IMG/VR virus record: IMGVR_UViG_3300036780_000012
Coordinates: 1 to 64,000 of that record
Reading direction: 5' to 3' (one strand)
Length of the DNA: 64,000 bases
Origin: a virus
This document shows, piece after piece, positions 57,429 through 64,000 of this stretch. The notes under the pieces were generated by a model. The model was not told the DNA's origin. It saw only the letters and a list, made by a program, of their open reading frames with translations, and ran no database searches. Positions within the stretch are counted from its first letter, which is position 1; every line of letters starts with the position of its first letter. A program made the translations under genes and the position numbers.

Positions 57429-57797
57429 ACAAGGGGGTAAGTAAGATGAGCGAACGACGAGCATGGACGGCGGCGGAACAATTGCTAGATGAGTTGTATC
57501 ACAATCCCGAACTCGTGAATCGCGGCGAGTGGAGAAATCGGGTAGCTCAAATATTGCCGAGATGTCCGCGCAATCAACCAGATGGGACTTCGCATGAAGT
57601 AACCATGAACGAATCTCCGTGGCGAAAACCAACGCGAGGTTGGATGGGAGCTAGGAGCCAATTTGATTTAGGGGATTGAACCATGAAAGCACGCAAGCCG
57701 AAAAGTAAGACTCTGACCGAACGGGTAGCGGAACTCGAACGCTATACCGCAGAACTGGCGCTACCGCTGCGAGCGGCATCGGGGAAAGGATAACAAG

Positions 57798-57998
57798 ATG
57801 AGTGCCAGAATCTACGTAATTGACAACGCGACCGGGGCGAAAGGTTCATTCTGCATCGAGCGCCCTAGCCATCAGTGGCCAAATACTAACGAGTATTGGA
57901 ATCCACAAGGTTGGTCTGGATCAGGCTATGTATTCACTGACGAAAAACTGGCCTATGCCGTGCGCGACATATTGGCAGGGGAAGGCGTAAAACGCTGA
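57798..57998 (+). CDS. Hypothetical protein
   Basis: SD AAGGA. Confidence 0.55.
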   Translation: MSARIYVIDNATGAKGSFCIERPSHQWPNTNEYWNPQGWSGSGYVFTDEKLAYAVRDILAGEGVKR

Positions 57999-58028
57999 CT
58001 AGCGGCGTCAGGGGGGGGGGATAGCTCC

Positions 58029-58379
58029 ATGGACAGGGAGACGCAGAATCGAACCGCCGCAGAGGTTGGGCATGTTGTCGGAGAAGGTGGCAAATGTTGG
58101 TGCAGCCAATGGCATAAATTTGCAAACCCCGCTGGATGCTGCCCTTTTCATATTGATGGTGGACGGCGTGATTTACCATGCGGACCCGGAACGGTTGCTG
58201 CTGAATGGCAAACGGGTGAGCGGCTGCGGGTCGAAGCGGCGTACCGGAAATACTTCTTCGACATTCGCGGGTTCCGACCGTTCCCGGTGGAAATAACGTT
58301 GGATAAGTTGATTGACTTTGTACTGTGGCGGGACAATGGGGCTGTCTCTCAGCCTACACCTGCCAAGGGGGAGAAATGA
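58029..58379 (+). CDS. Hypothetical protein preceded by a G10 tract
   Basis: Ends with the AVS linker. Confidence 0.5.
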   Translation: MDRETQNRTAAEVGHVVGEGGKCWCSQWHKFANPAGCCPFHIDGGRRDLPCGPGTVAAEWQTGERLRVEAAYRKYFFDIRGFRPFPVEITLDKLIDFVLWRDNGAVSQPTPAKGEK

Positions 58380-58418
58380 CCGCGTGAGCTACTCCGAGCA
58401 AGACGGGCAGGGAGGACT

Positions 58419-58691
58419 ATGAAGCCGAAACGAATTCAACGCAAGCGAACGAAGGGCTGGAAGATGCCACCAAATACGGTCTATGTGGGCAGGCCGACGA
58501 AATGGGGAAATCCGTATCGGGTGACCCACAACACGCCGCTGGCTAGAGTCTTAATCCATTTCCGGCAATCCGCGTTGTCGATGCAGAACGAAATTCAAGC
58601 AGAGCTTCGCGGCAAAGACCTAGCCTGCTGGTGTCCACTCGATCAGCCCTGCCACGCGGATGTACTTCTGGAGATCGCCAATGACTTATAG
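58419..58691 (+). CDS. DUF4326 family protein
   Basis: VYVGRPTKWGNPY; LRGKDLACWCP...CHADVL. Confidence 0.9.
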   Translation: MKPKRIQRKRTKGWKMPPNTVYVGRPTKWGNPYRVTHNTPLARVLIHFRQSALSMQNEIQAELRGKDLACWCPLDQPCHADVLLEIANDL

Positions 58692-58736
58692 CGAGCAAGA
58701 CGGGCGGGTGATCCTCGCAATGAGCCGGGAAGGAGA

Positions 58737-59108
58737 ATGATGGCGAAAGTAATCGGGTCTGGCGAAATTAAAGGCGAAGTGACGTTGCTTCTCAGTGAGG
58801 CAGAGGCGAAGGCATTGGACGCGCTCGTTGGCTACGGGCCTGAGCCATTCCTGAAAGTTTTCTATGAACATCTTGGCAAAGCCTACCTTCAGCCGCATGA
58901 GCGAGGACTGAAGTCATTGTTTGAATCCGTGCGGACCGGCGAAGGCTCAGTGTCGAATTTCCTGAAACGAATTCACGATGCGCGCGACGTTTTCACAGGC
59001 CGAAAGAACGCCTACATTCCGCCGGAATATAAGACTCTCACGAGCAAGTCCGAGCATTTGGGCAGCGGACCCATCCCATCGAACCAAGTTTCAGAGAGTG
59101 AAGGCTGA
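58737..59108 (+). CDS. Conserved phage hypothetical protein
   Basis: EA.ALDALVGYG...FL.VFY..LG.AY..PHE.GL..LF. Confidence 0.7.
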   Translation: MMAKVIGSGEIKGEVTLLLSEAEAKALDALVGYGPEPFLKVFYEHLGKAYLQPHERGLKSLFESVRTGEGSVSNFLKRIHDARDVFTGRKNAYIPPEYKTLTSKSEHLGSGPIPSNQVSESEG

Positions 59109-59376
59109 GAATATGTTGCGTCTGAACTTCGGGGAACCCCCCAGTACACGCAACCAGAGAACAATGAAAGGTTTGGAGACGGGAGTTGAGCGCGGTTCAC
59201 GAGACCGCGAGACACAAGGAGATAACAAATGGACGAAATGACGAAAGCCATGCTCCAAGGATTAACCGACGCACAACTGGCAGATATGGCCGCACTTATA
59301 GCGGCAGAGATGAAACGTCGCAAGAAGTGACTAGCGGTCAAGGCCGCCGAGAAATTGCGAGACCGAAAGGAAACCA

Positions 59377-59577
59377 ATGATTGAGCAGCTTCAGTGCCTA
59401 TGTATGCTGACTTGGGACGGCAATCTGATCTCTAAGGGTTGCCGTGACGATCTAGTGAAAGCAGGATTAGCGCAACGTTTCGAGGGAGGCTTCAACCTAA
59501 TTACCGCCAAGGGCGTGCAATACCTTTACGATCTAGGCTTGCTGCCGAAGAAACTAGCCGGATCAGTCAGGCCGTGA
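59377..59577 (+). CDS. Small winged-helix-like protein
   Basis: WDGNLISK..RD.LV..GL...IT.KG. Confidence 0.55.
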   Translation: MIEQLQCLCMLTWDGNLISKGCRDDLVKAGLAQRFEGGFNLITAKGVQYLYDLGLLPKKLAGSVRP

Positions 59578-60232
59578 CAAGCGGTTCACGACATAGCTAG
59601 GGGCAAGAGATGCAGCGCAGACCATTTGAACTCGAAGAGGTTGTGATTTGTGTGGCGTTAGCAGTCGTGGGATTGCTTGGATGCCTCTGGATTTTCGTTG
59701 CTGTCACCGTTATCCGAATGCAAGTGCTGGGGGAGGGGATTCCAGAGCTGCGGCACGGCTTCATTGCGCTCGGGGTACTTTTTATAGCTGGGTTACGTTG
59801 ATTGGTGCGGCAGTTTGGGCGGCATGGGAGATATTGAATCGTTGAGGATGCAGCGCAAAGGGAGGAAGGGATGATGAGAGAAGTTATTCAAATTTCCGTT
59901 TTGTTTGCCTTGGGGCTTGGCAACTCCATCCTTGCCGCCATAGGTGCGCGGATAACGCTTCGGTTCATGGAACTCACGAATACGAGACTGAAGCAGTTGG
60001 AGGATAAGACTAATGGCAAATGACACTCCTAGCACGCCGCGCATTTTTAGAAGAATGGATCTCGGACCTGAATGGGACCTATCTCCCTTCTGACGGAACG
60101 CGGATTTATTACGAGAACACGTTTCTGTGGTTTCTTCGCAAGCTGCGCAAGCGCTTTGTCGCGTTTCTCAAGTGGTTTGTTGGATTTCTCAACGACGATG
60201 CGCGATGACTTCTGACCCACGAGAGGAGACAG

Positions 60233-60457
60233 ATGAGCACAGTTCCTAGTGAGACGCCGATTGGTTCGGACGTTTGTCAATGCGGCGATTATCGCAGTCA
60301 GCACAATTACGGCAGCAACAGCGCTTGCCGAGTCTGCGGCAATATGAGCGGGCCGTACAACGGATGCCAAAAATTCCGCTTCGGGCGAATGGCAGGGCAG
60401 AGCGAATTGGAACACTGGCGCTTATATCATGGACGCGAATCCGAGGCTTCCCGATGA
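60233..60457 (+). CDS. Cys/His-rich small protein
   Basis: CQCG...H...C..C...C..F. Confidence 0.55.
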   Translation: MSTVPSETPIGSDVCQCGDYRSQHNYGSNSACRVCGNMSGPYNGCQKFRFGRMAGQSELEHWRLYHGRESEASR

Positions 60458-60930
60458 CCATCCCCAGCAGAGAAGAGACGATCCAGCGAACCGCCAAGCG
60501 TGAGAAGTTTGAAGCGTGGGCAGCCACACATAACTTTAGGGGAACATTAGGCACACGCGGGAGTTATTCAGCGCCTGCAATCGCGTGGATGGGATGGCAG
60601 GCTGGTTACGACGCTGCCCTAAGCCAGTCCGCAAACTCGCCGGATAGACGAGCATGGATTGACTCGATCAATTTGGAACTATCCAATTTGCGAGACTGGG
60701 CGAATCGAGAAGCCAAGTTGAAGGAAAAGGCTGAAGCCGAGTTGAGCCAGTCCGCAGAACGGATCAAAGAACTGGAGGCAGTATTACAAGAATCGCAACA
60801 AATGTTTGAGCAGATCTTGAGGCGGGGCGACATCATGTTCGCCGCCTATGTCAAATGGAAAGATCGGGTGGCGGATCTGCTCTCTGAATCGAAATCAAGC
60901 ACGGCGCAGTCTGCCGAGATAAGGAGGTGA
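60454..60930 (+). CDS. Mosaic coiled-coil hypothetical protein
   Basis: REKFEAW...AW.GWQA module; QSA linkers; ATGA overlap. Confidence 0.6.
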   Translation: MTIPSREETIQRTAKREKFEAWAATHNFRGTLGTRGSYSAPAIAWMGWQAGYDAALSQSANSPDRRAWIDSINLELSNLRDWANREAKLKEKAEAELSQSAERIKELEAVLQESQQMFEQILRRGDIMFAAYVKWKDRVADLLSESKSSTAQSAEIRR

Positions 60931-61242
60931 AAATTGATAACTGCCAGCTTAAGGGCGAGCATTCTACTCCTAACATTCCTGGGAACTCCCAGAATAATTA
61001 CTGCGTCCCCGATCCGCTGGATCAACCGCGCCTCGTAGGAGCCGTATCGAGGGCGGAGAAGTACCACGGCTCACAAGTTTTGGCGGCTCTGCTAGCAGAG
61101 AGGACAAACTAGATATTTCATGTCAAGTACTTTTTATTTCGTTTGTTATCAACGCGCCATTCTTGGTAAGTGCTTGAAAGGTGCATGAACATTGCCGATT
61201 CGCGATCTCGGCCTGAGATAATAGTGACAGGAGGAAACATAA

Positions 61243-61482
61243 ATGACACTTGCCCAACTCATTTGGATCGATAAGCGCGGAGGTTGCCGCATTGAACAAG
61301 GACAAGCGGCAAGGCTCGCAAAGAAATTAGAGACGCTACGCTGTCCCGCTGACCTCTGGGTATTGGACGAATACGGAGTGAAGATCGAAACCATTGGCGG
61401 ATGCGAATATGCGCCCGACATCGCAGACGACAAGCGTATTAAATGGCAATGGTGGTATGACAAGACGGCGCTTGGTCTATGA
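61243..61482 (+). CDS. Hypothetical protein
   Basis: Strong SD AGGAGG. Confidence 0.6.
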   Translation: MTLAQLIWIDKRGGCRIEQGQAARLAKKLETLRCPADLWVLDEYGVKIETIGGCEYAPDIADDKRIKWQWWYDKTALGL

Positions 61483-61691
61483 AAATGCCATGCCGTAGGT
61501 GCGGAAGGATGGTTGCTGCAACTCGCAGCGGACGACACGCACATAAATGTCCGCACGGTATGCAGTGCGAACCAAACTGGGCTGGAGTCTGCAAAGAATG
61601 CCAGAAGCACTGGGAAGTCTTTCGCCAACTAGCGGCTGAGGCGGAATTGAACTATCAGCACAGTATAGCAATGCAATCGAAACGAGACTGA
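61479..61691 (+). CDS. Zinc-finger-like protein
   Basis: CRRCG...HKCPHG.QC...CKEC. Confidence 0.55.
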   Translation: MKMPCRRCGRMVAATRSGRHAHKCPHGMQCEPNWAGVCKECQKHWEVFRQLAAEAELNYQHSIAMQSKRD

Positions 61692-61783
61692 TACAGACAA
61701 CCTAGATATTCTACGAAGTTTTACTGTTAGTCAATTCAATCGTGGTCCGCGCCCTTCAACAGCGGAGGAAAGGTGGGAAATAT

Positions 61784-62092
61784 ATGTGGACAGCACCAGC
61801 GGTAATGTTTATCGAAGCCGCAGCCGACAGTCTAAAATCGGCTGATCCTAAAATGCTTGCAGCAGAGGTCAAGGAACTCGGCTCCTTTGGGAGTACGCGC
61901 ATCACAGACATGATGGATACTTTATGGCCATCGGCTGGGGACGTAATGGATAACGCATTCAGCGGCATGGAGCACGATACCGATGTGATATTCGCTCAGG
62001 GATACCTGCTCGGTCTGCAAACCGCACGTCAGATGCTTGCGGGGAGTGCGGCATTGATACTAAAACAGATTGATCCTACCAGCATTCTATGA
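61784..62092 (+). CDS. Hypothetical protein
   Basis: ATG after a purine-rich SD. Confidence 0.55.
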   Translation: MWTAPAVMFIEAAADSLKSADPKMLAAEVKELGSFGSTRITDMMDTLWPSAGDVMDNAFSGMEHDTDVIFAQGYLLGLQTARQMLAGSAALILKQIDPTSIL

Positions 62093-62190
62093 GATGTGGG
62101 GTAGGGACTCGTGATGCTTTCCCCAAGGTCCCTGCTTCGTAGAATAAAGAGTTTTGGAACTTTTGAGTTTACCTACAGTCTGAGAGGAGA

Positions 62191-62406
62191 ATGGTCAACA
62201 TGATAAATCAAAATACCGTTGAACAAGAACCAGAGTTGATGGTCGTGCATTGGCCGGGGCAGGATACGGTCGCATGTCCAGAACATCTTCGCAAATTGGT
62301 GGGACTAGCTGCGGTCCTTGGATTCCCCTTAAGTTGGACACCTGCCGGTGAAACTATGGGATGCGACAACTGTCGCACCGAGAAAGCTAGCCATGCGCAA
62401 CCCTGA
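62191..62406 (+). CDS. Small Cys/His protein
   Basis: VHWPGQ...C..H...C.NC. Confidence 0.6.
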   Translation: MVNMINQNTVEQEPELMVVHWPGQDTVACPEHLRKLVGLAAVLGFPLSWTPAGETMGCDNCRTEKASHAQP

Positions 62407-62475
62407 AGTCAGGTAGGCCCCTATCCCAATGCTCAAAGTTCGGAGACATGCTTCGTAGAATAGAAAGGATTTCCT

Positions 62476-62763
62476 ATGCGACCTACTTACTTATTGGCAG
62501 TTGTGTTAGGGATGGGGAGTTGGGCGGCGGGCAAACCGAGTTCTGGTTATACGGTCATCCCTAAGCATAGTGCTAATGGTCGGCAAGAGTGGGAAGTGCT
62601 CTGCCGTAAGGGAGTGGGCGACGGAATTTGGTCTACGCTCCCTACGCCTACCGAAGCCGATAAATTCTGTGCTTATTGGGAGAATGAAGATTGGCGTAAA
62701 CAAGTCGTATCCCCAGCGAAGCCGATTACCAGGGAATGTCCGGTCGATAAGGTTTGTATCTAG
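62476..62763 (+). CDS. Exported hypothetical protein
   Basis: Signal-like N-terminus; SD AAGGA. Confidence 0.5.
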   Translation: MRPTYLLAVVLGMGSWAAGKPSSGYTVIPKHSANGRQEWEVLCRKGVGDGIWSTLPTPTEADKFCAYWENEDWRKQVVSPAKPITRECPVDKVCI

Positions 62764-62794
62764 GCAAACCACTTGTTACTGCCCATCTCTCCCC

Positions 62795-62826
62795 AAGAAA
62801 AACGCCCCGACTGTTTAGGCCGGGGC
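62795..62826 (-). terminator. Rho-independent terminator
   Basis: GCCCCGGC-loop-GUCGGGGC-GUUUUU on the minus strand at the convergence point. Confidence 0.75.
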
Positions 62827-62847
62827 AGGGGAGAACAGAAGCAAAAT

Positions 62848-63441
62848 TTATTTAATCTCGTACTGCTTGCCGAAGAATCCCACCGCACTATTGAAATCAG
62901 ATTTGAATTTCTTTTTCGTCTCGTTGACCTTCTCCCCAAGTTTCGCCTCATCGCCTACGCTTAACTTGGGAATCGTAGCCACGGCCGGAACGAGAGCAAC
63001 TAGAGACGCCACAAACGCTTCTACCGCCTCTACTCCTGCAATGAACTTAGCCTGCGAGTTAGGATCGGTAATGTGCAGGTTAGTCAGGATTGGAGTTAGA
63101 TTCGCGGTAAGGGCGGATAGTGCCGCCTGAATCTCAGCCAAGATGCCGGGTTGAGCCGTTGCCGAAGCAGTCTTGTACGAGGCAATCAGAGCCTTGATAT
63201 TCACTAGTGCCGTTTGTGCCTGCTGTGCCCAGTTATTGAACTGAGTTACTACCTCTTCGCTGACTCCGGCTCCAAAGGCTGCCAGAATCGCCACTAGGGC
63301 CTGTAGTGCAGGTCCTAGCAGGGTTATGATGTTAGACGCACTACTTTCCCAATCCGTGCAGGCCGTGGCCAGTAAGCAGAGATCGAGAACGGCGAAAATA
63401 CCGATCAAACGCCAGAACAACTTCGAGTCGAATCTTTTCAT
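62848..63441 (-). CDS. Helical lipoprotein
   Basis: SD AGGAGA; MKRF...LLATAC lipobox; an upstream in-frame ATG at 63636 is also possible. Confidence 0.7.
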   Translation of the reverse strand: MKRFDSKLFWRLIGIFAVLDLCLLATACTDWESSASNIITLLGPALQALVAILAAFGAGVSEEVVTQFNNWAQQAQTALVNIKALIASYKTASATAQPGILAEIQAALSALTANLTPILTNLHITDPNSQAKFIAGVEAVEAFVASLVALVPAVATIPKLSVGDEAKLGEKVNETKKKFKSDFNSAVGFFGKQYEIK

Positions 63442-63654
63442 GTACTTTCTCCTTTTAATCGTAGTAAGCGAGAAACGCGAATGTTCCATCGCTGCAGGTC
63501 GCCGCGAAGGAACCATTGTAGGGGAGGGGAAGTTCGTATTCAGATTGCTCAATAGGTTCGCGCTCGACAGCGCGACTATATCGGATGTACTGGAAATCTT
63601 TATCGTGATCCATTTATCGGGCGGGCCTTGCGGCATTGGATATTCCTCCTTGAA

Positions 63655-63966
63655 TCAACGTTCTGCAATTTTAACCACGTCCTTAGTTATCGGATCTCGT
63701 TTCCACCATACACCTAAGTCTGAGCGGAGAATGCTCTTACACTTGCCGAAATCCTGGTATCGAAACTTATCCATGACGTAGCCAGTCCAGATTACCCTAG
63801 AGTTAGGAAAGTCTGGACAACCGTTCCAGAGTGTCCCGCCATCCTCGCGTTCGATCCACCAGTCGTTTGGGCCGAGTTGATTAAGCACCTTGACATTATG
63901 GTATTCGTAGACAGGATAGTCCGTTATTAGTGTAGCCGCGTAAGCTAATATGCCAGCGGCTAGCAT
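63655..63966 (-). CDS. Membrane-anchored hypothetical protein (start may lie upstream)
   Basis: Hydrophobic N-terminus near the window edge. Confidence 0.5.
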   Translation of the reverse strand: MLAAGILAYAATLITDYPVYEYHNVKVLNQLGPNDWWIEREDGGTLWNGCPDFPNSRVIWTGYVMDKFRYQDFGKCKSILRSDLGVWWKRDPITKDVVKIAER

Positions 63967-64000
63967 TGCTGTCCAGAGAGGCCATTGCGACGCTACGAAG

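Noticed and set aside
61085-61710. CTAGATATT twice as a possible NrdR box
   Set aside because: Poor match to the palindrome and no ribonucleotide reductase gene nearby

Overview
The window is most of a tailed dsDNA phage genome, a myovirus with a Bcep781/Aaphi23-like structural module: DUF1073 portal, DUF2213 prohead protein, DUF2184 capsid, DUF4054 adaptor, DUF3383 sheath, baseplate J and DUF2612. Minus-strand genes from about 1 to 35 kb cover packaging, head, tail and fibres. Minus-strand genes from about 35 to 53 kb cover DNA modification, replication and recombination. Back-to-back sigma70 promoters near 53.0 kb then start a plus-strand mosaic accessory region, which ends at a terminator near 62.8 kb. 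No integrase, CI repressor, endolysin, tRNA or CRISPR array was recognised. An Acidobacteriota host is a tentative inference. The most striking signal is a 14-bp near-palindrome, GTC(C/T)AA(AA/TT)TT(G/A)GAC, found 11 times, always inside ORFs and read in several frames, with a DUF3102/PF49-like HTH protein as a candidate binder. Other notable items: fibre-type proteins with Sec or lipoprotein signal peptides, a GT4/GT2/methyltransferase cassette inside the head-tail genes, a PLP enzyme/PAPS reductase/two-MTase DNA-modification cluster, a RodZ-C-terminal-like membrane protein, a membrane-tethered RHH regulator, a pseudoknot-like leader RNA before the replication genes, and repeat-delimited gene cassettes. 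All family calls are by eye from motifs and synteny; no database searches were run.
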